Below, piece by piece: positions 43,857 to 52,997 of a stretch of DNA of 64,000 bases (position 1 is the stretch's first letter; each line of letters opens with the position of its first letter). A program made the translations under genes and the position numbers. Source of the stretch: Gammaproteobacteria bacterium (GTDB lineage Bacteria; Pseudomonadota; Gammaproteobacteria; Steroidobacterales; JABDLF01); contig JABDLF010000073.1 in the NCBI GenBank assembly GCA_013003115.1, positions 9,025-73,024 of the forward strand, written 5' to 3'. The notes below the pieces were generated by a model, which did no database searches, was not told where the DNA came from, and was given only the letters and a program-made list of their open reading frames with translations.

Positions 43857-44166
43857 GATTCTCTTTGTAGCTAAGGCTGGTCAGGCAAGCTGCAAACATA
43901 TCAGATAAAGACACAAGAGTTTTAGATTCCGGGGCAAAGCAGGCTGCAAAAATTGCCAGCTACCGGTTGCGCCAGTGCATTCAGCACGGGCGTTTCGGCG
44001 AGCGCTGACTATTGAGGCGCGATCGGAAGGGGCGACAGCCACGCCTGAAATGGCCGGCGCAAAGCGGCAAAAGTTATGTAAAATGGCCCGCATCTTATCG
44101 AGGCTGCTGGCATTTGCGGATGCGGGCGGCAGAATTCAACAAGGAGTGTCTTCGGATTCAGCGCCC

Positions 44167-46827
44167 ATGGCCAGGCACGTTGCACCCAGTCCCACCCACC
44201 TCGCTGACTACACGCCACCTGTCTATCTGGTGGAGCGTGTTGAGCTGCGTTTTCGATTGTTCGAAGACGCGACCCGGGTTGTGTCGCGAATGGCGCTGCG
44301 ACGAAATCCCGGGCAAACCGGCCGTAATCTTGTGCTCGACGGTCGCTCGCTTGAGCTTGTGCGCATTCTTAAGGACGGTCGCAAGCTTGCTGCCGCAGAT
44401 TATGAGCTTGGCGAAGAGTCGCTGTCCCTCATCGATCCCGGTGAAGTTTTCGAACTTGAAATTGAAACTCTCATACACCCGGAAAAAAACACCAGTCTCG
44501 AAGGGCTCTACAAATCCGGCGGGAATTTTTGTACTCAGTGTGAGGCAGAGGGCTTCCGCAAGATCACCTTTTACCCGGACCGCCCGGACGTACTGGCGCG
44601 CTTTAGCACCTACGTCGAAGCAGACCGGGGTCGATATCCGGTGTTGCTCTCGAACGGTAACCCTGTCGAATCGGGCGACCTGGAGAATGGCCGGCACTTT
44701 GCTCTCTGGGAGGACCCGTTTCCGAAACCCTCGTACCTCTTTGCGCTGGTAGCAGGTCGCCTTGCGCGCGTAGAGGGAGAGTTCACCACCTGCACAGGAC
44801 GCAAGGTGGCCCTGCATGTCTACGTCGAAGAGCACAACGCTGACAAGTGTGAGCACGCCCTCAGGTCACTGCAGGAGGCAATGCGCTGGGACGAAGAGCG
44901 CTTCGGCCGGGAGTACGACCTCGACATCTACATGATTGTAGCGGTGGACGATTTCAATATGGGGGCCATGGAAAATAAAGGCCTTAATATTTTTAATTCC
45001 AAATTTGTGCTTGCGAAACCGGAGTCGGCGACCGACCACGACTTTTATGACATCCAGAGCGTTGTTGCGCACGAGTACTTTCACAATTGGACCGGCAACC
45101 GGATAACCTGCCGCGACTGGTTTCAGTTGACGCTGAAAGAAGGTCTCACCGTATACCGCGACCAGGAGTTCAGCTCCGATCTCAATAGCAGGGCGCTCAA
45201 AAGAATCGAAGACGTTCGGTTTCTTCGCAATCGGCAGTTTGCCGAGGATGCCGGGCCCATGTCGCATCCTATTCAGCCGCACTCGTACATGGAGATTAAT
45301 AACTTCTATACGGCCACTGTTTACAACAAAGGCGCTGAAGTCATTCGCATGATCGAAACCATGCTCGGAAGGCGCGGCTTCAGGCGCGGTATGGATCTGT
45401 ATTTTGCCAGTCACGATGGCGAGGCAGCGACGACCGGTGACTTTTTGCGCGCAATGGAAGATGCCACTGGTTTCCAGTTGGCCCAGTTCCGCCGCTGGTA
45501 CAGCCAGGCGGGGACGCCGCGCCTCGGAGTGAGCTGCCGATTCGCGGAGGATGAGCAGTGTCTGCACCTGACTCTGCGGCAGCGACCTCCCGCGAATGTC
45601 GAGACAGACAGCTGGGAAGAATTACACATCCCTGTGCGCGTAGCCCTTCTCGATGAATCTGGCGCTGAACTGCCTCTCAGGCTGGAAGGAGAACAGGAGG
45701 CGGTATCTGGCAGCCGGGTGCTGGAATTGAAAGAAGAGCAGCGGACATTTCGTTTTGCCGGCATTGCGCGGCAGCCCGTGCTGTCGGTACTGCGCAATTT
45801 CTCTGCGCCCGTATTGCTCGATTTCGAGCAGGCACCGGCTGAGCTCGCCTTCTTAATGGCGCATGACACTGACCCGTTTAACCGCTGGGACGCAGGACAG
45901 AGGCTGGCAGCATGCGCGCTGCTTGCGAGGCTGGAAGGAGATGCTGCCCTGGCTGAGGAGAGCGAGTGTCTTTACATGGAGGGTTTGCGAAAAACGCTGG
46001 TCGACGACAGGCTGGATGCCGCGCTGGTGGCGCAGGCGCTCAGTCTGCCCATGGAAAGCGAGCTGGCAGGAAAAATGCCGGTGGTGGATGTGGATGGTAT
46101 TCACCGGGTTCGCGGGGAGCTCATGCTGCGCATTGCCGAAACGCTGCAGGAGGCGCTGCAGCAGGCCGCCGAGAGGCATTCAGGATGGGAAGCCGGTGAC
46201 AACGGCGCCCTTGCCGCCGCAGGGCGAGGCCTGTTCAACAGTTGCCTCAGCTTCCTTGTTCTGAATACGGACAGCGGTCGTGCGCTGGCTTTCTCCAGGG
46301 TCGAGAAAGGTCGCAACCTGACGGAACAGCTTGGCGCACTGCGCGCCCTTGTGCATTCTGACTGCGAAACCGCAGCACGGGCGCTGGAGATTTTCGAACA
46401 GCGTTGGCTTGTAAATCCGCTGGTTATGGACAAATGGCTGTCAGTGCAGGCGACTGCGCCGGTTGAAGGAGCGGCAAATCGCGTAGTCGCGCTCATGGAA
46501 CACCCCTGCTTTGATTTGCGCAATCCCAACCGCGCCCGTTCGCTACTCGGCTCCTTTGGTGAGGCCAACCCTTACGGATTTCATGCCCGCGACGGCAGCG
46601 GTTATCGTGTTATCAGCAACACCGTTATTGATCTCGATGGTTTTAACCCAAGCACCGCCGCCAGGCTGGTCGCCCCGCTGACGCGCTGGCAGCGCTATGA
46701 TGAGGGGCGCCAGGCACTTATGCAGGCAGAGCTCGAGCGAATTGCCGAACGCGACGAGCTCTCAAAAAATGTCTATGAACTCGTGAGCAATAGCCTCGAA
46801 GGTTCGGCACAACGGAGTCCGGAGTGA
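44167..46827 (+). CDS. pepN: aminopeptidase N
   Basis: GAMENKGLNIF exopeptidase motif, the HEYFHNWTGNRITCRDWFQLTLKEGLTVY zinc site, and a long ERAP-like C-terminal domain. Start trimmed from 43975 to the ATG at 44167. Confidence 0.95.
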   Translation: MARHVAPSPTHLADYTPPVYLVERVELRFRLFEDATRVVSRMALRRNPGQTGRNLVLDGRSLELVRILKDGRKLAAADYELGEESLSLIDPGEVFELEIETLIHPEKNTSLEGLYKSGGNFCTQCEAEGFRKITFYPDRPDVLARFSTYVEADRGRYPVLLSNGNPVESGDLENGRHFALWEDPFPKPSYLFALVAGRLARVEGEFTTCTGRKVALHVYVEEHNADKCEHALRSLQEAMRWDEERFGREYDLDIYMIVAVDDFNMGAMENKGLNIFNSKFVLAKPESATDHDFYDIQSVVAHEYFHNWTGNRITCRDWFQLTLKEGLTVYRDQEFSSDLNSRALKRIEDVRFLRNRQFAEDAGPMSHPIQPHSYMEINNFYTATVYNKGAEVIRMIETMLGRRGFRRGMDLYFASHDGEAATTGDFLRAMEDATGFQLAQFRRWYSQAGTPRLGVSCRFAEDEQCLHLTLRQRPPANVETDSWEELHIPVRVALLDESGAELPLRLEGEQEAVSGSRVLELKEEQRTFRFAGIARQPVLSVLRNFSAPVLLDFEQAPAELAFLMAHDTDPFNRWDAGQRLAACALLARLEGDAALAEESECLYMEGLRKTLVDDRLDAALVAQALSLPMESELAGKMPVVDVDGIHRVRGELMLRIAETLQEALQQAAERHSGWEAGDNGALAAAGRGLFNSCLSFLVLNTDSGRALAFSRVEKGRNLTEQLGALRALVHSDCETAARALEIFEQRWLVNPLVMDKWLSVQATAPVEGAANRVVALMEHPCFDLRNPNRARSLLGSFGEANPYGFHARDGSGYRVISNTVIDLDGFNPSTAARLVAPLTRWQRYDEGRQALMQAELERIAERDELSKNVYELVSNSLEGSAQRSPE

Positions 46828-48221
46828 TGGCAATTAAGCGAGCGCTGGTTGTAGATGATTCCAGGTCAGCAAGACTGATCCTGCGTCGCTTGCTGGAAAA
46901 GCATGGCCTCGATGTCGAGACGGCCGAGTCCGCCGAGCAGGCCCTGGAATACCTGCAAAATAAGCGACCCGACGCGATTTTCATGGATCACACGATGCCG
47001 GGCATGGACGGCCTGCAGGCCGTCAAAGCGATCAAGAACGACCCCAAGACCGCCATGATTCCGGTCATGATGTACACCGCAAAGGAAGGTGAGCTGTATG
47101 TGGGTCAGGCACGTGCCCTGGGCGCCGTAGGCGTACTGCCAAAACAGGTAGAACCTGCCGAGCTTTTCAAGGTCCTGCAGCGCCTTGGCCTCGTGACCGA
47201 CAAGCGCGGCGAAGAAGAGATGGAAAAGGCGCCGCCGGTGCTGAAACGGGGCGAGGAGCGCCGCCGCCGCGATGGGGAACCGCCCGGCATCCAGCTCAAG
47301 GGCCTCGTCGAGCGCATGCTGTCGGAGCAGCGCCATGAACTGCGCACGGACATCCTCGCAAGTCACCGTGCATTCGCCCGCCAGGTTGCTCGCGAGATTC
47401 TGGCAGAACAGAGGGCGGAGTTCGCGCGCCAGGATGCGGCTGCTGAAACTGACGATCAGGAAAAGGAAGCCAGGACTGAGGCCGGGCGCCAGGACGTGTC
47501 TGCGAGCTGGATGTGGTTTACGCTGATATTGCTGCTCACCAGCGCCTGGCTACTCTGGAACGGCTACCGGGCAGCCGAAGAAGTGGAGCGGCTGCAGCAG
47601 AGCGTTACGGGCCAGCGGACACTGCAGCGGGCCATGGTGGGTGGCAGCAGTGCGATAAGTCAGGATCAGGTTGGAAGCCTGCGGGCCCGGCTCGCGACTT
47701 CTGGCGATCAGCTTTACCGCATGCTGTCTGCCCTTGAGTGGGCAATCAACCAGGGCAATACGATCGCTTTCGGCGAGGTGGCCCTGAATGAGAGGCGAAT
47801 TGGTCTGGTGCGAGGCCTCCTCGAGCGCCTGGAGAGCCTGGGTTTTCAGGGCGTCGTGCGGCTCGAAACGCATCTCGGAAGATTTTGCCTGCGCGGCGAT
47901 GACAACGATACGTATGCACTCGCCGCAGCGGATCTGCAGGTGGATCAATGCACACTGATCGGGCACCCACTCGACGATTCCATGTCCGTTGGCGACAGGC
48001 AGTCCATCGAGTTTACAAATTTTCTTGACAGCTCGAAGCTGCTCGAAAGCGGCACAATCGAGATCCAGGTTGTTCACCACGGTCGCGCCGACTCAAGGGA
48101 GCTTTATCCTTATCCAAGAAGTGCGGCCACGGCGGGCGAGTGGAATGCAGTCGCCGCGCGCAACAACCGGCTTGAGGTCGCGTTGCTGCCGGATCCTGAC
48201 TGGCCGTTCCCGGCACCCTGA
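46827..48221 (+). CDS. receiver (REC) domain protein with a single TM helix and a C-terminal periplasmic domain of unknown family
   Basis: REC motifs VVDDS, AIFMDHTMPGMDG, MMYTA and LPKQ. A charged linker is followed by the TM helix WMWFTLILLLTSAWLLWNGY (about 47505-47564) and a roughly 215-aa C-terminal domain with two Cys. The start overlaps the pepN stop. Confidence 0.78.
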   Translation: MAIKRALVVDDSRSARLILRRLLEKHGLDVETAESAEQALEYLQNKRPDAIFMDHTMPGMDGLQAVKAIKNDPKTAMIPVMMYTAKEGELYVGQARALGAVGVLPKQVEPAELFKVLQRLGLVTDKRGEEEMEKAPPVLKRGEERRRRDGEPPGIQLKGLVERMLSEQRHELRTDILASHRAFARQVAREILAEQRAEFARQDAAAETDDQEKEARTEAGRQDVSASWMWFTLILLLTSAWLLWNGYRAAEEVERLQQSVTGQRTLQRAMVGGSSAISQDQVGSLRARLATSGDQLYRMLSALEWAINQGNTIAFGEVALNERRIGLVRGLLERLESLGFQGVVRLETHLGRFCLRGDDNDTYALAAADLQVDQCTLIGHPLDDSMSVGDRQSIEFTNFLDSSKLLESGTIEIQVVHHGRADSRELYPYPRSAATAGEWNAVAARNNRLEVALLPDPDWPFPAP

Positions 48222-48295
48222 ACTTTTGCTGGCGACTGAAGTCCCTCTGAATTCGTAAGCTTATTATTTCAGCCACTTTATTTGCAGGTAACGGT

Positions 48296-49159
48296 ATGCC
48301 CCGTTTAATCCAGAGTATTTTGCTGCTTGCCGCGTTAGCGGCGCTTTCGGCCTGTGGACGAGACGGCGGTTTAACCGATGGTAGCTCGGTTTCACCTGAC
48401 GGCGCGGTGATCGCACTGGTCGACGCTTTGCGGGCGGACGATTTACAGAAGGTCCTGCGTCGATCAATGAGTGACGACGATTACGCGCGAGCGCGCAGCG
48501 AGTGGGACGCAGCACGTGCCGGGGCCGTCGACCCGAACGATCGCGAGCAAATCAACGCTGCGCTTGCCGCGCTGGATGATGACGCCTTCGTGGATGTGGT
48601 GATGGCCGAGATCGGCCCTGCGCTCGAAGCTGCGAGGCCCAATCTGCCGCTGATGCTTATGGCTGCGCAAACCATGGGGCATGCGAGTATTTCAGCCAAC
48701 GAATCGCTGACTGAGAGCCAGAGAAATGCTGCCAACGAGCTCCTCGCCGCCTTGGGTAAATGGGCAGGAGGTAAAGATCTCGCCAATCCGGAGCTGGCCC
48801 GTGCCGCGCTTGAGAGCTGGGTCAAGGATGCGCGCAAGATAAATCTCAAGAATCTTGAAGAGCTACAGGCGCTCGAATTTGAGGAGATGGTGGATCGCGC
48901 CGGCATTCTCCTCGCCGCGACGAGAGAAATGCTAACGTCATACGGCTTCAATCTGAATGACGTCTACGATTCAGCCAGGGCGGAGGTCCTGCGTCAGCAA
49001 GGCGATACGGCCCTTGTGAGGGTCAGCTTCTCGGTGCTCGACACGAATCAGCAGTTCGATATCGTTTTGCTGCGCGAAAACGGCCGCTGGTTACCCGAGA
49101 GCCAGATTTTCGAGTATGAAAATCCCGAGCTTTCGCGTGCGCCGGAGTCGGAAATCTGA
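48296..49159 (+). CDS. hypothetical lipoprotein
   Basis: Lipobox LAALSAC. A helical Ala/Asp-rich body ends in a small beta-rich C-terminus (TALVRVSFSVLDTNQQFDIVLLRENGRWLP). No family recognised. Confidence 0.6.
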   Translation: MPRLIQSILLLAALAALSACGRDGGLTDGSSVSPDGAVIALVDALRADDLQKVLRRSMSDDDYARARSEWDAARAGAVDPNDREQINAALAALDDDAFVDVVMAEIGPALEAARPNLPLMLMAAQTMGHASISANESLTESQRNAANELLAALGKWAGGKDLANPELARAALESWVKDARKINLKNLEELQALEFEEMVDRAGILLAATREMLTSYGFNLNDVYDSARAEVLRQQGDTALVRVSFSVLDTNQQFDIVLLRENGRWLPESQIFEYENPELSRAPESEI

Positions 49160-49184
49160 GCTGTGCAGCGCTATCGCGCTGCGA

Positions 49185-49793
49185 TCAGAAGGGCAGCCAG
49201 GACTTTTTCGGCGTCATGTGCAGGTAGCCAACGTTCGCGCCCTGGCGCCAGCCAACCCCAAAACGTATCGGCGCAAGCACAGTGTTGCCACTCTGGTTGT
49301 AATTTACGCTGACTCCGCCGACGAAATACAGGCTGCCCTCGACGCCCGGAAATCTCTGAAAGAGGGCATCCATATCCGAGAGGTTGTAGACCAGGATAAA
49401 GGCCTTGGAGGCATTTCCCCCGATGTCGAAGCCTACGGACGGGCCCTGCCAGTAGACCTCCCTGGTTTCTCCATTCGCCAGCACAATCGTGCCCGCGCCA
49501 TAGCGCACACCAACCGCAATGGCGCCGCCGACTTCTTCACCCTTGATGTACGCATTCGGTCGACCCCGGTCGCGAAAAGCTACGCGCACAACGTCGGCCA
49601 GTCCTGCCGCACCGTCTCCGAAAAACTCGCGCGCTTCGCTCAGGACTGTTTCCTCACTGTGGGTCCCGGTTACAGGAGGGGCCACCGCCGCAACTTCCGG
49701 GTTTTCCTCCTGCGGTGATTTCGATGCGCAACCCGCCGCGAAAAGCAGTGCAAGCGCCAGCAGCGAAGTTTGCAGTCTGAGGGGCTTTAACAT
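49185..49793 (-). CDS. DUF1134-like lipoprotein
   Basis: Lipobox LFAAGC. AYIKGEEVGGAIAVGVRYGAGTIVL...WQGPSVGFDIGGNASKAFILVYNL...GSLYFVGGVSVNY matches my recollection of DUF1134. Confidence 0.62.
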   Translation of the reverse strand: MLKPLRLQTSLLALALLFAAGCASKSPQEENPEVAAVAPPVTGTHSEETVLSEAREFFGDGAAGLADVVRVAFRDRGRPNAYIKGEEVGGAIAVGVRYGAGTIVLANGETREVYWQGPSVGFDIGGNASKAFILVYNLSDMDALFQRFPGVEGSLYFVGGVSVNYNQSGNTVLAPIRFGVGWRQGANVGYLHMTPKKSWLPF

Positions 49794-49895
49794 TTGAGTC
49801 TCCGAATTAACCTGATTTGAGTTTCAATACTGCGCCGGTTTCGCGATTAGCGGCGCTAGCCCGTTATTCTAGCGGAAGCGCGAGGCGCTGGCGCC

Positions 49896-50861
49896 CTATT
49901 GTGATGCATGCATCGACAGTTGCTCGAAAAGCATCCTGAGATCACGACCCATGGTTGCGAGCAGCGCCGGGGCATCCACCCGTGTCGCTATGTTGCACTC
50001 GACGGCATGCGGGCCGTCTGTCTCTTGCAGCTGACCCCTTGCGTCGCCTTTCCCGGTGTCAACACTGACCCGAAGCTTCTGCATTTCAAATAGTTCGGGG
50101 TAGGCCAGCCATGCGACAGTGGCTGCGTCATGGACGGGAAAGCCTGTCACGGTGGACCGACCGGAAAAAACTGCCTCGCGCGTGGCCATAAAGGCGCACA
50201 GTTCTCTGAAAAACCGCGCCGCTGGCAACGCGTCGAATCCCGATGTGATTTGCATCGCAAGGTCCCGGTCAAGCATCAGGCCCGAGCTGGTTTCGAGCGT
50301 GACCAGCTTGATACGGTCGCTGGCGGCGAGCACTGCGGCCGCCGCCGACGGGTCGAAGAAAAAGTTAAACTCGGCGGCAGGCGTTACATTGCCACCGGAA
50401 AGTGCGCCGCCCATGATGATGATCTGGCTCGCCGTGTGCAGAATTCCCGGTGCCGAAGTTTCTGCCCCGGCAAGATTGGAAAGGGGCGCAACGGCGAGCA
50501 ATGAGGGCGCTTTCGATGTATCACCAAGCTCGGTCGTGAGGAGGTCAACGGAGCCCGGCTTCAGAGTATGGGTCGGCGGCTCGGGCAAGGCGCCCGACAG
50601 CCCGCCCAGGCCATCTTCGCCGTGAATCTCCGCCGCGTCCCGTGTGGCCGCGACGGCTTCGCCGATGCCTACGGGTACCTGCCTGATGTCGCACAGACCC
50701 AGCAAGCCGCAGGCATTGCGCCAGGTTATTTCTGCGCCTACGTTGCCAGCGGCCGTCGTTACCGAACTCAGCTGCAGGCGTCCCTGGTGACACAGGCTCG
50801 CCAGCCACATCAGTGCGATAGCATCATCGCCGCCCGGGTCCGTATCGATCACAACTTTCAT
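49896..50861 (-). CDS. nucleoside hydrolase (IU-NH family)
   Basis: N-terminal VVIDTDPGGDDAIAL aspartate cluster, with family-typical length and layout. Confidence 0.86.
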   Translation of the reverse strand: MKVVIDTDPGGDDAIALMWLASLCHQGRLQLSSVTTAAGNVGAEITWRNACGLLGLCDIRQVPVGIGEAVAATRDAAEIHGEDGLGGLSGALPEPPTHTLKPGSVDLLTTELGDTSKAPSLLAVAPLSNLAGAETSAPGILHTASQIIIMGGALSGGNVTPAAEFNFFFDPSAAAAVLAASDRIKLVTLETSSGLMLDRDLAMQITSGFDALPAARFFRELCAFMATREAVFSGRSTVTGFPVHDAATVAWLAYPELFEMQKLRVSVDTGKGDARGQLQETDGPHAVECNIATRVDAPALLATMGRDLRMLFEQLSMHASQ

Positions 50862-50979
50862 ATGGGCAGATTATCCCGTCACGCGCCGCTTATTGCACCC
50901 CGGGGGCCCGGGCGCTGCTATGCTAACCGGGCACGTTTCCGCGCCTGCCTTCTGAGCAGGTGATCAGGGTCAGACACCT

Positions 50980-52422
50980 TTGGGGGTTACCGTGGCTGAG
51001 ATGACGGGGCTCTTTGCCATCGCCCTTCATGTGTTCGTTGCACCGCTTACGGCGGTGCATGCGCTGCTGTACAAGCGCGATCCCCGTTCGGCACTGGGCT
51101 GGATCACGGTTTGCCTGCTGTTTCCGATATTTGGCCCATTCACCTACTACCTGTTTGGCATTAATCGCGTCAGGACCCGCGCGAGAAAGCTGAGGGGTCG
51201 CCCCAGGCGCAGATTGCTGGTGCCGTTCGAGCGGGGCGAGCGGCGCCCCGAGGCGCTTGAGTGTGCGCACAGGATGCCGGAACATTTCAGGGAAGTTGCG
51301 CGCGTGTCGGATTCGGTGGCAGACCGGCCAATCGTCGAAGGCAATGCCGTGGCGATTTTGCACAACGGAGAACAGGCATATCCGCCGATGCTGGAGGCGA
51401 TTGCAGGGGCCCGCGAGCGCGTTTACCTGTGCAGCTATATTTTTGAAACGAACGCGACAGGAAAAGAATTTGCAGCGGCTCTGTCCGAGGCAACCCGCCG
51501 CGGTGTCGAGGTCAAAGTTATCGTAGACGCTTTGGGCGAGCTCTATTCGTTTCCCCGAGCGGCGAGCGTGCTCAAAAAACAAGGCATTGACGTCGCCCGC
51601 TTCCTGCCGTTCCGCTTGCTGCCGCCATCGATCCATATCAACCTCAGAAACCACCGAAAGGTGCTGGTTGTCGATGGAGAGGTTGCCTTTACAGGGGGCA
51701 TGAACATAGGGGACCGACATCTGCTGAACGGGCCGGGTCCGGGCATTCGCGATGTGCATTTTATGCTGCGCGGGCCCGTCGTCTCGCAGCTTGAAGACGT
51801 TTTTCTTGAGAGCTGGGAATTCTGCCGAAAATGCCAGGTACCGCGGCACGACAGGCAACAGCAGCAGCCCGGCAACACCCCCTGTCGCACGGTGACGGAC
51901 GGGCCTGACGAAGACCTCGACAAGCTGGCAACAATACTGCTGGGCGCGATTTCCGTCGCACGATCGAGGATACTGATCGTTACGCCGTATTTCCTGCCCT
52001 CGCGCGAGATGATAGGTGCATTACAGGCAGCTGCTGCGCGCGGGATAGACGTCACGATTCTGTTGCCGGGCAAAAGCAACATTCCGTTTGTTCACTGGGC
52101 GACACGTAACATCCTCTGGGAGTTGCTGATGCGCGGTGTGCGCGTCTATTATCAGGACGATCCGTTTCCCCATACCAAGTTATTTATTATTGATGGCCAG
52201 TATGCGCATATCGGCACCGCAAATTTTGACCCACGAAGCCTGCGGCTCAACTTTGAGCTTATCGTCGAGCTGTTCGATGGCGAGGTTGCGGGGCAATTGG
52301 AAGAACACGTCGATGAAGAAATCGCGCGATCTCGTGAGGTTCCGCTCGATGAGGTTGATCAGCGCTCGCTGCCGGTGCGACTCCGGGACGCATTTTTCTG
52401 GCTTTTCTCGCCGTATCTCTGA
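50980..52422 (+). CDS. cls: cardiolipin synthase (phospholipase D family)
   Basis: Two N-terminal TM helices and two HKD motifs (NHRKVLVVDGEVAFTGGMNIGD and HTKLFIIDGQYAHIGTANFDPRS). The start is ambiguous (TTG 50980, GTG 50992 or ATG 51001). Confidence 0.9.
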   Translation: MGVTVAEMTGLFAIALHVFVAPLTAVHALLYKRDPRSALGWITVCLLFPIFGPFTYYLFGINRVRTRARKLRGRPRRRLLVPFERGERRPEALECAHRMPEHFREVARVSDSVADRPIVEGNAVAILHNGEQAYPPMLEAIAGARERVYLCSYIFETNATGKEFAAALSEATRRGVEVKVIVDALGELYSFPRAASVLKKQGIDVARFLPFRLLPPSIHINLRNHRKVLVVDGEVAFTGGMNIGDRHLLNGPGPGIRDVHFMLRGPVVSQLEDVFLESWEFCRKCQVPRHDRQQQQPGNTPCRTVTDGPDEDLDKLATILLGAISVARSRILIVTPYFLPSREMIGALQAAAARGIDVTILLPGKSNIPFVHWATRNILWELLMRGVRVYYQDDPFPHTKLFIIDGQYAHIGTANFDPRSLRLNFELIVELFDGEVAGQLEEHVDEEIARSREVPLDEVDQRSLPVRLRDAFFWLFSPYL

Positions 52423-52445
52423 ACGTTCTCACAGCGGCTGAATCG

Positions 52446-52772
52446 ATGGCGATAGTTATCTGCGCGCACTGCAGTAAGCGTACATCGAGCGTTGGCGGTG
52501 CGTGCCAGGCTTGCGGCGCAGCGCTGGAGAAAGGCAATTCTGAAATTATCGAGCGGCAGGCCCGTCGGGAGCGGAGAGCGCGGGCACGCAGTATGTCCAG
52601 GCAGGCGGCACTCGCGACAATGCTGGCGCTGGGCGCCGCGCTATGGCTCATGTTCGGAGATGCGCCGCGGGCAGGGGGCGTTGCGCGCTGGGCGGCGGCA
52701 TCACTCTTCGTGGCAGGCTTTGGGTGGTATGTTTACATTCGCATTGCGCTTTGGCTGCATCGCAATCGCTGA
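52446..52772 (+). CDS. small zinc-ribbon membrane protein, hypothetical
   Basis: CAHCSKRTSSVGGACQACG (CxxC-x9-CxxC), an Arg-rich linker, and two hydrophobic helices. It begins 23 nt after the cls stop. No clear RBS. Confidence 0.5.
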   Translation: MAIVICAHCSKRTSSVGGACQACGAALEKGNSEIIERQARRERRARARSMSRQAALATMLALGAALWLMFGDAPRAGGVARWAAASLFVAGFGWYVYIRIALWLHRNR

Positions 52773-52997
52773 TCCGCACACGTCGCGGAGACCTTAAAGG
52801 AGCAGGAAGTCGCCCGCCGCCGCCGGCTCACTGCTTTACATAATCTGACGTATCGATATGCTTACGCTACAAAGACAGCACGGGCCGGTACTGAGGGAGC
52901 GATTTTGGTCGGGACTTCTCGTGCGATAACAACAATTCGGACCGGGACATAATGATCAAACAGTCCCGGTAAGCGGCTGGTCAAAAAGGGGCGGAGC

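Noticed and set aside
43881-44218. Small ORFs (70 and 69 aa, minus strand) and the upstream extension of pepN in the 311-nt glpQ/pepN divergent region
   Set aside because: They show no RBS, odd composition and overlap each other, so the region is better read as a divergent promoter. A weak direct repeat (GCAAGCTGCAAA / GCAGGCTGCAAAAA) was noted but is too short to interpret.
49165-49182. Hairpin GCAGCGC-tatc-GCGCTGC between the convergent lipoprotein genes
   Set aside because: It has a 7-bp stem but no U-tract on either strand and lies within 3 nt of a stop codon. It may be a weak bidirectional terminator, but the evidence is insufficient to annotate it.
50923-51858. 311-aa ORF on the minus strand
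   Set aside because: It is antisense to the cardiolipin synthase gene, which carries two HKD motifs on the plus strand. It is a shadow ORF.
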